Shown piece after piece: positions 51,681 to 63,794 of a stretch of DNA of 64,000 bases. Origin of the DNA: Chiloscyllium plagiosum (Eukaryota). Numbering within the stretch: the first letter of the stretch is position 1; each line of letters opens with the position of its first letter. The notes under the pieces were generated by a model. It searched no databases. It saw nothing but the letters and a program-made list of their open reading frames with translations, and had not been told where the DNA came from. The stretch is from assembly GCF_004010195.1 (NCBI RefSeq), contig NC_057719.1:12034002-12098001 (forward strand), given 5' to 3'. The position numbers and the translations under genes are program-made.

Positions 51681-52763
51681 AGGAAGATGATTAGGCCCAA
51701 TACACTACCCTGAGCAGCTCCTACAATAATGTCTTGTAACTGTTATGGACCAGTCCAAACCCCCTCAAAATATATTAAGAAGAGAATCTAGATCCTAACT
51801 TTATTCTTATGTTAAAGGTAAGGTGTTGCATTCCAGATTCAATTTGATTGGTCAAACTATCGATTTTAAGCAAAACACACTATACCTCTACACTATAGAC
51901 AAAATAAAATATAAAATTGGTTTAACTGGAACTATTGACATGCTTAACAAAATAATAGATACTTAATTACTACTAATTAACTGTTCCAATATAATAATAT
52001 CCATAAACATAGCCTTGGCAAAGGATAAATTTGGTAAAATAGATTGCCTCACATGCAATTCTGGCAGCAGGAAGAGTACCCCACATGAACCAAAAATAAA
52101 AAAGGAAAGATGAACTCAACTATGACTTAACAGAGAGAGGAATAAGAGCTCCCACACGCAACTTCCTTCAATACCCCAGCAACTACAGAAAGCTAAAAAT
52201 AAACATCTGGTTCTATGGGAGTTTGACTCTACCCATTCAGGCTTTTATTATTCCAAATTATAAAAAAAATCCCCAATGCCTCGTAAGATATTTCCTCTAT
52301 TGGCTTTGAGCAAACCACTTGGTACCTCTGTTTCAACTGTTCTTCATTAAAAAAAAGCTGCACAAAATACAAACAACCCAACCAGCTTCTTTTGTACTAA
52401 ATATTAATGCAGCCTGTACAGACTTTTCCCTTTGGTTCCCGTGGGACTTCAGTTTTGCTAGGGCTTACTGATGTGAAAGGCAGTCACTCTCATTGCATCT
52501 CTTGAATTTAACTCTTTTGTCCATATTTGGACCAAGACGTTACTGAGGTCAGAAATTGTCTGTAACTGATGGAGCCCAAACTGTGTGTCAATGACCAGGT
52601 GTTGCTAGGCAAATTTTGCTTACATCAACCTTCTATACACTTCTGTACATAGAGAACTGATGTTATGGTTCATATTTAAAGAATGTGTGCATAAATTACA
52701 GAAATTATTTATTCCCAACTAACACAAAAATAAAAAAAGGAAAGAGGATTCAACTATTACTTA

Positions 52764-53510
52764 TAGTCATAGAGCCATAGAGATGTACAGCACGGAAACA
52801 GACCCTTCGGTCCAACCCGTTCATGCCGACCAGATATCCCAATCCAATCTAGTCCCACCTGCCAGCACCCGGCCCATATCCCTCCAAACCCTTCCTATTC
52901 ATATACCCATCCAAATGCCTCTTAAATGTTGTAATTGTACCAGCCTCCACCACATCCTCTGGCAGCTCATTCCATACATGTACCACCCTCTGCATGAAAA
53001 AGTTGCCCCTTCAGTCTCTTTTATATCTTTCCCCCCTCACCCTAAACCTATGCCCTCTAGTTCTGGACTCCCCGACCCCAGGAAAAAGACTTTGTCTATT
53101 TATCCTATCCATGCCCCTCATAATTTTGTAAACCTCTATAAGGTCAGCCCTCAATCGCCGACGCTCCAGGGAAAACAGTCCCAGCCTGTTCAGCCCCTCC
53201 CTGTAGCTCAGATCCTCCAAACCTGGCAACATCTTTGTAAATCTTTTCTGAATCCTTTCAAGTTTTACAACATCTTTCCGATAGGAAGGAGACCAGAATT
53301 GCATGCAATATTCCAACAGTGGCCTAACCAATGTCCTGTACAACCTCGCATTTATCTGAATTAAACTCCATCTGCCACTTCTCAGCCCACTGGCCCATCT
53401 GGTCCAGATCCTGTTGTAATCTGAAGTAACCCTCTTCACTGTCCACTTCATCTCCAATTTTGGTGTCATCTGCAAACTTACTAACTGTAGCTCTTATGCT
53501 CGCATCCAAA
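52764..53510 (-). mobile_element. CR1-type LINE 3' part with internal deletion
   Basis: SKFADDTK and YKIMRGMDR peptides; tail. Confidence 0.9.
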
Positions 53511-54325
53511 TTAAATCAGGGATATTATCAGATACAAAGATATATAAAATTGCCAGAACAAAGTAACAAGCCAGAGGTTTAGGAATATTTTAGACTTTCA
53601 CAAAAGAGAACAAAATGTTTGATCAAGAAGCTGAAAATAGAATAACATGGTAAAATTGCAGGGATCATAGAAACAGATTGCAAAATCTTCTATGAATATG
53701 TGGAAAGAAAAATATTGCTAAAGTCAATTCTAGATCTATTATGAAAGACATGATAACAGAACATTTGGAAAGTAGTAATGAGATTGGACAAAGCCAACAT
53801 GGATTTATGAAATATTTATGAAATGCTTAATAAATCCACTGGAGGTTTTTCAAAATGTAACCAGGATATATTTTGATTTTCAGAATGCTTTTAATAAGGT
53901 CCTTCCTAAGAAGTTAATGGGTAATATATTGGTATGTATTGAGAATTGGTTGACAGACAGGAAATAGAGAGTGAGAATAAATGGGTAGTAGACAGTGCCT
54001 AATCGGGTACCACAACGACCAGTGTTTGGGCCCCATCTATTAATGATGTATGCAAATGACCTGGATTGAGGCCACCAAATAGAACATTTCCAAGTTTCAA
54101 AAACTGGGTGAGATTTTGAGTTGTGAGGAGGGTACAAGGAGGCTTCAGGGTGATTTAGGCAAGTTGAGTGAATGGAAAAATTCATGGCAGAAGCAGCACA
54201 TTGTAGATAAATGTGAAGTTATACACTTCAGAGTGAAAAACAAACAAAGAAATTAATTAAATTGAGAAATTGAGAAATGTGAATATACAAAGGGATCTAA
54301 TGGTTTTTCTATACCAGTCAATTAA

Positions 54326-54529
54326 CATAGACAGTTAGAAGGCTGGAAGAACACAGCAAGCCATGCAGCATCAGGAGGTACAGAAGTCGACGTTTCGAGT
54401 GTAACCCTTCTTCAGGACACCTGAAATGTTGACTTCTGTACCTCCTCTTGCTGCCTGGCTTGCTGTGTTCTTCCAGCCTCCTGCCTGTCTACTTTGGATT
54501 CCAGTATCTGCAGTTTTTTTTGTCTCTAA
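54326..54529. mobile_element. Palindromic hammerhead-bearing PLE mini-element nested in CR1
   Basis: Inverted arms around about 54410; minus-strand gtc-CTGAAGA-A-GGGT-tac-ACTC-GAAAC-GTC-gac (54386-54418). Confidence 0.82.
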
Positions 54530-54914
54530 TTAAAGTAGACAGACAAGTGCAACAAGCAATTAGGAAGGCAAATTGTATCTTGGCTGTAATTGCAAGAGGA
54601 TTTGCATTCAGAAGTAAAGATGTTTCACTGCAATTAAATAGGGCCTTGATGAAACTATATCTGGCAAATTGCATACAGTTTCGGTCTCCCTGACTAAGAA
54701 AGGATATATTTGCCATAAACAGAATGCATTAAAAGTGCACTAGGCTGATACCTGTAATAGAAGAACTGTCCGAGATTGGTTGGACTCGGCGTGTTTTCAT
54801 TTGAATTTAGAAGGATGAAAGCAGATCTGATTAAAACATAAAATTCTTACAGAGCTGAATGGACTAGATGCAGGGAGGATGTTTCTTCTAGTTGGGGATA
54901 CAGGATATGCAACA

Positions 54915-55225
54915 GGGTGGCACGGTGGCTCAGTAGTTAGCACTGCTACTTCACAGCACTAGGGAACTGGGTTCGATTCCAGCCTTGGGTGGCTGTCTGT
55001 GTGGAATTTGTATGTTCTCCCTATGTCTGCATGGGTTTCCTCCCACAATCCAAAGATGTGCAGGTTAGGTGAACTGGTCAAGCTAAATTGTCCCACAGTG
55101 TTCATGGATGTGTAGGTTAGGTGCATTAGTCAGGGTAAAAGTAGAGGAATGGGTCTGGTAGGTTACTCTTCAGAGGGTTGGTGTGGACCTGCTGGGCTGA
55201 AGGGCGTGTTTCCACACTGTAGAGA
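54915..55225 (+). mobile_element. HE1-type SINE
   Basis: gggtggcacggtggctcagtagttagcactgc... head and V-core. Confidence 0.88.
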
Positions 55226-55561
55226 TCCTATCCATTTAGGACTGAGATATGGAAAGGTTTCTTCACTTGAAGGGTAGTGAACCTGTGGAATTTTCTACCA
55301 CAGAAAGCTGTGGAGGTCATGTCATTGTGTATATTCAAGAAACAAATAGTTAATTTTTCAGATTTTAAAGGCATCAAGGGGTATTGGGCGAAATTGGGAA
55401 TATAGCATTGAGATTGAGGATCACCCTGATCATACTGAATGGGAGTGCAGGCTTGAATGGATAAATGGTCTACTATTGCGCCTAGTTTCTGTGTTTCTAT
55501 ACTGCAGGTCAAGTTAAAGTCTCTATGTACTCACAAGTGTCATGAAATAGTAAAACATTAC

Positions 55562-55645
55562 CTTAAAAAAGTAGTGAAAAACACTTTCTTCCATTCCATA
55601 AACAAGCCCAGAAGCAACAACAAATGTAGTAAATCTGCGCTTCTT
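55562..55645 (-). CDS. AK7: AK7 exon (KKRRFTTFVVASGLVYGMEESVFHYFFK)
   Basis: ttttag acceptor, gtaatg donor, 84 nt; VVA.GL.YG motif. Confidence 0.94.
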
Positions 55646-55770
55646 CTAAAATAAAAGATATAGAAAATATTTTCTTCACAATCAAATCAATGCACCATTG
55701 ATAGTCATTCATTAATGAAATTATATATTACTATATAAAACAGACTTTTACAATCATTGACCACATGGAA

Positions 55771-56160
55771 GAATGACAAGAAACCTTATTGAAACAAAAG
55801 ATTCTTAAAGGACTTGACAGGGAAGATGCAGAAATGTTCTTTCCCCTTGAGGGAGAGTCTAGGACCAAAGGGCATAATTTCAGAATAGGGGGTCGCACAT
55901 TTTTGCAACAGTAATGGGGAGCAATTTCAACTCTCAGATGGTTGTGAGTCTGTGGAATTTTTTTTCACAGAGGGCCACAGAAGCTGACTCATTAAGCATA
56001 TGCAAGGTTGGCCTAGTTTTTTTTAATCAGCAAGGGAATCAGGGTTATGGAGAAAAGGCAGGAAAGCAGAGTTGTGGATTATCAGGTCATCCATGATCTC
56101 ATTGAATGGTGGAGTAGACTCAATGACTGAATAGTCTATTTCTGTTCCTATGTCTGTGGT
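55771..56160 (+). mobile_element. CR1-type 3' fragment
   Basis: ggagagtctaggaccaaagggcataatttcagaata..., tail tctgttcctatgtct. Confidence 0.75.
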
Positions 56161-56319
56161 AACTTTACTAACAACCTTTAGCTGAAAAAAATGGTAACAA
56201 ATACCAAACTAAATAAATTTCAAACCTTTTACAGACAGCATCAAGATCAACTTAAAATATAATGTACCAATCATGTATACGGTGCAATTTTTTGATGGGC
56301 CTCGCACTGTTGAGGTTTC

Positions 56320-57822
56320 ACAAACACCTTCCACCCTGACCTCAAGTTCACCTGGACCATTTCGGACACCTTTCTCCTCTTCCTGGACCTCTCCATCTTC
56401 AGTTCCAGTAACCGACTCTACACGGACATTTACTTCAAACTCACCAACTCCCACAGTAACCTGGACTATACCTCCTCCTACTCCTGCTCCTGTAAAAACG
56501 CTATCCCTTACTCCCAATTCCTCCTCCTCCACTGTATCTGTTTCCAGGAAGAACAATTCCATTCCAAAACATCCCATATGACTTCCTGTTTCAAGAACCG
56601 CAATTTCCCCTCCCACATGGTCACCAATGCCCTCCAGTGCATCTCCTCCACTTCCCGCGTGTCTGCCCTTGAACCCCACCCCTCCAATTGCAACAAGGAT
56701 AGAACCTCACTGGTCCTCACCTTCTACCCTACCAATCCCCAGAAATAGCAAATCTTTCTCCGCCATTTCTGCCGCCTTCAGTCAGACCCCACCACCCATT
56801 ACTGTCGTAAATGTGCGACCCCGTATTCTGAAATTATGCCCTTTGGTCCTAGACTCTTCCTCAAGGGGAAAGAACCTTTCTGCATCTTCCCTGTGAAGTC
56901 CTTTAAGAATCTTTTGTTTCAATAAGGTTTCTTGTCATTCCCTCTTCACCCCTATCTGCAATCCGCAAAGACCATTCCCTCCATGACTCCCTAGTTAGGT
57001 CTACACCCCCACCAACCTACCCTCTACTCCCAGCACCTTCCCTTGCCACCCCAAGAGGTCCACACGCCCAACAATCTACCCTTCACTCCTGGCACCTTCC
57101 CTTGCCACAAGAGGTGTAAAACCTGTGTCCACACCTCCCCCCGTCACCTGCATCCAAAGCTCCAAAGGATCCTTCCACATCCAGTAGAGATTTTCCTGCA
57201 CATCCAAACACCTCATTTATTGTGTCCAGTGCTTTCAATATGGTCTCTTGTACATTGAGGAGACAGGACACAAACTTGCAGAGTGTTTCAGAGAACTCTC
57301 TGGGGCATACGCACCAAACAACCCCACCTCCCTATGGCCGACCACTTCAACTTCCCCTCCCAATCTGCCGACGACATGCAATTCTTGGGCTTCCTCTACC
57401 GCCAAATGCTAGCCACCCGACGCCAGGAGGAAGAATGCCTCATCTTCCACTTTGGGACCCTTCAACCACATGGCATCAACATTGATTTCACCAGTTTCCT
57501 CATCTCCTCTTCCTCCACCTCATCCCAGATCCAACCCTCCAAATCGGCACTGCACTCTTGAACTGTCCCAACTGTCCATCTTCCTTCCCACCCATCCACT
57601 CCACCCTCCACTCCGACCTATTACCATCAACCCCCACCTGCATCTACCTATCGTTTTCCCAGCTATCTTTCCCCCAGCCCCATTCCCCCACTCCTGCTCT
57701 GTCAGCCCACTTCCCAACCCCTTAACTTCCTGATGAAGGGCTTATGCCCAAAACATTGACTCTCCTCTTCCTCGGATGCTGCCTGACCTGCTGTGCTTTT
57801 CCAACACCACACTTTTCAACTG
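56320..57822 (+). mobile_element. Penelope-like element, RT C-terminus + GIY-YIG + pLTR
   Basis: PGTFPCHKRCKTC, tacattgaggagacagga (YIGET remnant), RRQEEECLIFHFGTLQPHGINIDF; hammerhead remnant at 57730-57760. Confidence 0.88.
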
Positions 57823-59041
57823 ACACTGTTTACCCTCAAGCTCCAATCGAATGCTTGCAATGGCAACCAAGTCCTATCCTCACACTCTTGTCACTCCTGT
57901 CCTGTTTCATCCTTTCTCATTCAACCACCATTTCCATCTTGCTGTGAATGCCAATATACTCTCTTTGTAATTTTTCCCTCCTTCAGGATTTGACCTCCAG
58001 TTGGCACTGGAGTAGCTGAGTTCTTTTAACCATACAGGGAAATCCCAAGCACGGACATTGTTCCACAATCACTTCCCCCATCAAAAAGAATAATGTTGCC
58101 TTGTTCCATATTTATACTCTTTATATTAATTTTCATGATCATTAGAAAGGATCTATATGATAACTTGATGTTCTTACTAGCCACATTAAGGATATAGTAA
58201 CAGAAAAGTTAATTAGACTAATGAACTCCATTTTAATTTCTACTTATCTCCCCTGGTTTCCTAACCATTAATACCCTGAATAAAAACACATGAATCTCAG
58301 ATTTTTAAGTTTCCAATTGATCCTAGCCTCAATTGCTTGCTGGGGAGAAACTTGACATTGTGGATCAACTGTCCATCATCAAACTACTCATTTTTATTTT
58401 GGAAAATTTTTATGTTGGATTCTATAGCACCACGCTGAAGCACAATGCCAACTGTGTGCTCAGGGAACAAGCTGATAAACTTCCCTGTAAAAAACATTAC
58501 ATATCAATGCTAAACAATGAAGTCATTCTTAATGTATTTCACTTCTTTCTTGACAACAAAAGGCTGATGTAATGTGAAAGAATGTATTAAAAGCAGAAAC
58601 AACATTCTTCAATATGATTCACTGTAATTTTCTCTTACATCCTCTGAAAATAAAGTTTGTCAATGTTGATTAAAAAAATTAAAAGCTAGTTGACATAGAA
58701 CTTGTTTGAGTCACTCGTGATTTGATGGATATAATGAAAAGGATGCAACTACACACACTATAGGAAGGATATGATTGCACTGGAAGGGGTGCAGAGGAGA
58801 CTCACATTGCATTTAAATGGAACATTTCAGGTATGAAGAGAAGCAGATAAACTCGGATAAGTGAAGGTTCAGGGATATGGATACACAAGATATGGATATA
58901 CATGATTACGAGAAGTATGGGGGTAAATAGAAAGTAGCTATTAATTGAAAGATCAAGAACAAGGGGATACAATTTTAAAGTGAAAGGCAGGAGGTTTAGA
59001 GGGACTTTGAGGGAAAGAATTTTCACCTCAAGTTTAGTGAT

Positions 59042-59272
59042 TGTAATGAGGTCAGCCATGTCGACTTCACAGAATATGAGTTCCCTGATTAGGACTATTT
59101 AGTTGGTCCAATCAGGGGGATCCCTGGCCAAACAGATTAAAAACAGAAGTGTCAAACATCCTGACAGTCTGAGACCTGGTTCTGACGAGACTGCACCAGA
59201 GTCAAGGATTTTCTATGTGTAAACAATGGATGACTTAATGATGGGATACTGGCCTCTGTGGAGTTATTTCAC
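59042..59272 (+). mobile_element. Solo LTR inserted in a CR1 3' fragment (58740-59465)
   Basis: TGTAAT...TTTCA; homologous to 7545-7778 and 42448-42580. Confidence 0.72.
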
Positions 59273-59469
59273 AGAGGGGATATGGAATGAACTGCCTGGC
59301 AGTATAGTTGAGGTGAGTAACCTCACAACTTTTAAAAAGTACTTGGATGAACACTTGAAGTGTCATAACATTCAAGGCTATGGATCTAGTGAAGGAACAT
59401 GGGACTGCTGTAGGTCCAGGTATATTTTTGGAGGTTCAGATTTCCTGTGTGACTCTATGATTCTATATG

Positions 59470-60800
59470 AATTAGATGCAGGACGAAGGCCATCAGGTCT
59501 CTCTTTCTCACTCCACTATTCAATAAGATTATGGCTGATTGGATTGTAGCAGCAGATTTGCATTTCTAAATACCCCTGATAATCTTTCATCTCCTTGCTT
59601 AGCAAGAATGTACGTAATTCTGTTCTAAAGATATTCAAAAATACACTGCTTCCACCAGCTTTTCAGGGAGAGAGTTTCAAAGATTCATGAAACCCTATAC
59701 CCCAAGAGAGAAAACAAGCCACCTTCTCTCTGTTTTAAATGGGTGATCCATGATTATTAAATACTGAACCCATGTTCAGTGGGCACATCCTATTCCCATA
59801 CGTGGACACATTCTTTTCACATCCACCCTGTCAAGACCCCTCAAGATCTTCTATGTTTCAATCAAGTCACCTCTTACTCTTCTAAATTCCAGCAGGTATA
59901 AGCCAATCCTCTCCAGCTTTTCCTCGTAGGACAGAACACAACCCTCACTCCCCACCCCCATTACAGGTATTAATCTTGTAAACCTTCTCTGAACTGCCTC
60001 CATTGCATTAACATCCTTCTTTATAAGTGACCAATAATGTACACAATACTCTAGATGGGGTCTCCAGAGTCCTGTATACTTGAAGCATTTCCTCTCTACT
60101 TTTGTATTCAACTCCCCTCATGATAAATGAAAATAATCTATTAGCTTTCCTAAATACTTGCTTTTACTTGCATACAAACCTTTTCTGATTGATGTATGAA
60201 GATACCCAGAACCCTCTGCATCTCAAAGCACTGCAATCTCTTTGGTAACCATCTTATGTCCTCTGCAAAACTGACTATCCCACCTTTCTTTGTGTCATCA
60301 GTGAATTTGGACACCATATCTTCTGTCCTTTTTTCTAAATCATTTGCATAGATTGCAAATAGTTGAGATCCCTATAGCACACTATTTGTTGCATTTTATT
60401 AATCTGAGAAAGATCATTATGCTTACTCTCTGCCTTCTGTTAGCCAGCCAATGTTTCAAGCCATGCCAATACACTACCCCTACACATGAGCTTTTACTTA
60501 TCACAGTGACCTTTGACTGACGTCCCATAAAAATGCCTTCTGGAAATGTAAGTACTCTACTTCCAATGTTTCTCTTTATTCACGGCATGAATTACCTCTT
60601 CAAATAACTCCAATAGATTGCCCTTTCATAAAACCTTGTTGACTCTGCCTGATTACTTTGAACTTATTTAAGTGATCTGCTGTAGCTTCTTTAATATCAG
60701 CTTCTAATATTTCCTTTATTACAGATTTAATCTAACTGGCCTGTAACTTCCAGGTTTCTGTCTCATTTTCCAATCTGAATCAAGGGTGTTTTAGAAAATT
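59470..60800 (-). mobile_element. Old CR1-type LINE
   Basis: RPHLEYCVHYWS...EFRRVRGDLIET peptide; older pieces continue at 61270-61397 and 62560-62880. Confidence 0.75.
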
Positions 60801-61397
60801 AAAACCAATGTATCAATGTATCTACCAATGTTATCAAGTAATATATATGCATGATGGTATAATTTTCCCTCTCATAATGTTGCCAACTCATGTCATGCAT
60901 GGTTGTATAGGTGTGGCAGTTTTCCTTTACCTTGTCCAAGGATCTAATCTAGAAACTTTAGTATTTGTACAATTGTGTATTAATTGATTGATTGATTTAC
61001 TGTTACGTGTTCTGTATTACAGGGAAAAACTTTGTTTGTGGGCAGGACAAGCAGATCATAGTAAGCAAGGATGTACAGATCAGAGGTTGTAAAAAGACTT
61101 AAGCAGAGACATAATTTAAGTTTAAAAGTGTAGAATGATTATAAGAAGTTTTAGAGTTAAATCTGCTGTTGGGAGCACGCAAGGAGTTGAATGGTGTCAG
61201 CACCATTGGAGTGTAAACATTATTCTATATAGTGAGGCCTGAGTCAAAATACCTATTCAGTTTCAGCTACTAATTTCTTATTTTCCATTATTAATTATCC
61301 AGTCTCATTCCGAGAGCACCAATGCTCACTTAGTTAACTCCTTTCTTCTTTAAATAGTTAGAGAAATTCTTACCATCTGTCTTTATATTTCTAACTA

Positions 61398-62560
61398 GTC
61401 ATAGAGTCACAGAGATGTACAGCATGGAAACAGACCCTTCGGTCCAACCCGTCCATGCCGACCAGATATCCTAACCCAATCTAGACCCACCTGCCAGCAC
61501 CTGGCCCATATCCCTCCAAACCCTTCCCATTCATATACCCATCCAAATGTGTGGAGCCACAGAAAATGGTGGAGATACAAAATGAATATTTTGCATCAGT
61601 ATTTACTATGGAAAAGGATATGGAAGATATAGACTGTAGGGAAATAGATGGTGACATCTTGCAAAATGTCCAGATTACAGAGGAGGAAGAGCTGGATGTC
61701 TTGAAACGGTTAAAGGTGGATAAATCCCCAAGATCTGATCAGGTGGGAAGCTAGAGAAATGATTGCTGGGCCTCTTGCTGAGATATTTGTATCATTGATA
61801 GTCACAGGTGAGATGCTGGAAGACTGGAGGTTGGCAAACGTGGTGCCACTGTTTAAGAAGGATGGTAAGGACAAGCCAGGGAACTATAGACCAGTGAGCC
61901 TGACCTCAGTNNNNNNNNNNNNNNNNNNNNNNNNNNNNNNNNNNNNNNNNNNNNNNNNNNNNNNNNNNNNNNNNNNNNNNNNNNNNNNNNNNNNNNNNNN
62001 NNNNNNNNNNNNNNNNNNNNNNNNNNNNNNNNNNNNNNNNNNNNNNNNNNNNNNNNNNNNNNNNNNNNNNNNNNNNNNNNNNNNNNNNNNNNNNNNNNNN
62101 NNNNNNNNNNNNNNNNNNNNNNNNNNNNNNNNNNNNNNNNNNNNNNNNNNNNNNNNNNNNNNNNNNNNNNNNNNNNNNNNNNNNNNNNNNNNNNNNNNNN
62201 NNNNNNNNNNNNNNNNNNNNNNNNNNNNNNNNNNNNNNNNNNNNNNNNNNNNNNNNNNNNNNNNNNNNNNNNNNNNNNNNNNNNNNNNNNNNNNNNNNNN
62301 NNNNNNNNNNNNNNNNNNNNNNNNNNNNNNAGATAGGATAGTGAAGAAGGCATTTGGTATGCTTTCCTTTATTGGTCAGAATATTGAGTACAGGAGTTGG
62401 GAGGTCATGTTGTGGCTGTACAGGACATTGGTTAGGCCACTGTTGGAATATTGCGTGCAATTCTGGTCTCCTTCCTATTGGAAAGATGTTGTGAAACTTG
62501 AAAGGGTTCAGAAAAGATTTACAAGGATGTTGCCAGGGTTGGAGGATCTGAGCTACAGGG
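61398..62560. mobile_element. Young CR1 with inverted internal segment (3' end minus 61398-61548; upstream ORF2 plus 61549-62560; spans N gap)
   Basis: Tail agtcatagagtcacagagatgtacagc directly joined to plus-strand EPQKMVEIQNEYFASVF. Confidence 0.85.
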
Positions 62561-62924
62561 TGTTCCCTCCTTAATTTTGGTCATTCTTTTTTCTTATATT
62601 CTGTCCAAGTTTCTAGCCTACCACTTATCTTTGGAAAATTATATGCTTTTACTTTTTGTTTGATGTCACAATCTTCATAGTCAACTACTGAATATAGTTC
62701 CATTTCTTTGGTTTTTTTAATTCATTGGGATACATTCTATGAAATATCCTCCGAAATGTTTGTCAATGCATCTCAATTGACTCATTTAACCTAATTTGTC
62801 AATTAATTTTAGCCAGCTCTGCTCTCATGCCCTCATAGTACCCCTTACTTAATTTTTAAAAAAATAGCCTTGGACCCATATTTATGGCATGAGAGACTCA
62901 TCCAAAATTAGGAACTGAACATAT

Positions 62925-63263
62925 TTTAGAATTAGAATTCCTATAGAGTGGGCCAAAGGGCCTGTTTCCAACAAGTCCACACCAAACCCCTCCAAAGAGT
63001 AATCCAATCAGACCCATTTCCCTACCATACGTTTACTTCAGACTATTGCACCTAACGTACACATCCCTGCACATTATGGGCAATTTAGCATGGCCAATTC
63101 AGCTAACCTGCATATCTTTGGACTGTGGGAGGAAACCGGAGCATCCAGAGGAAACCCAGGCAGACACAGGGAGAATACACAAACTCCACCTGAGGCTGGA
63201 ATTGAACCTGGGTCCCTAGTGCTATGAGGCAGCAGTACTAACCATTGAGCCACCGTGCCACCC
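62925..63263 (-). mobile_element. HE1-type SINE
   Basis: tRNA-like head at 63225-63263, V-core. Confidence 0.88.
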
Positions 63264-63511
63264 AAGCTGCATTTTACTTAGTATTTCAAATCAAGTATGC
63301 AAACACAGAAACTAGCTATTTTGCCTAACTAACTATCCCTGAAATCAAATATGCTACATTTCTCAGGTACTCTGATGTTGCACATTTCATATTCTTGCCA
63401 ACGTTCAGCTAAAGAAGTTTCTCCTAAATTCTCAACAACACTGGACTATTAAAGCTGCGCACAGGAAGTTTACTTTTTTTAAAGTTCAAGGTATTTTCTG
63501 TGATAACATAC

Positions 63512-63613
63512 AGTTTTTCCAAGTTTGATAACTAGTTTCTCAAGGCTGAGGTGATCCTTAAAGTTTGGATGGGCCTTTCTTCTACGATACTCATCTTCTG
63601 TTAACACATCTTC
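63512..63613 (-). CDS. AK7: AK7 exon, most 5' in window ([34 protein letters not shown])
   Basis: ttttgcag acceptor, gtatgt donor, 102 nt; YRRRK.HPNF.DH motif; upstream exons outside the window. Confidence 0.94.
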
Positions 63614-63794
63614 CTGCAAAAAAAGGAGTTTATTTGAGTTTTTATGGCAATAAAACACATTACAACATCAAAAGCAAATGTAAAAATATACATCACCTTA
63701 TCATTAAATGCAGAATGTATGTATCATGGAGAGTGTACAAGGCAGCAATTAAAGCATTCAGATTTTTTTCTCCAAATTTCCTTTCTCATTAAGG

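Larger units (their letters stand above)
53510..55500 (+). mobile_element. Old CR1-type LINE carrying nested PLE mini-element and SINE
   Basis: QVQQAIRKANCILAVIARG..RSKDV peptide; decayed RT; tail tttctgtgtttctat. Confidence 0.75.
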
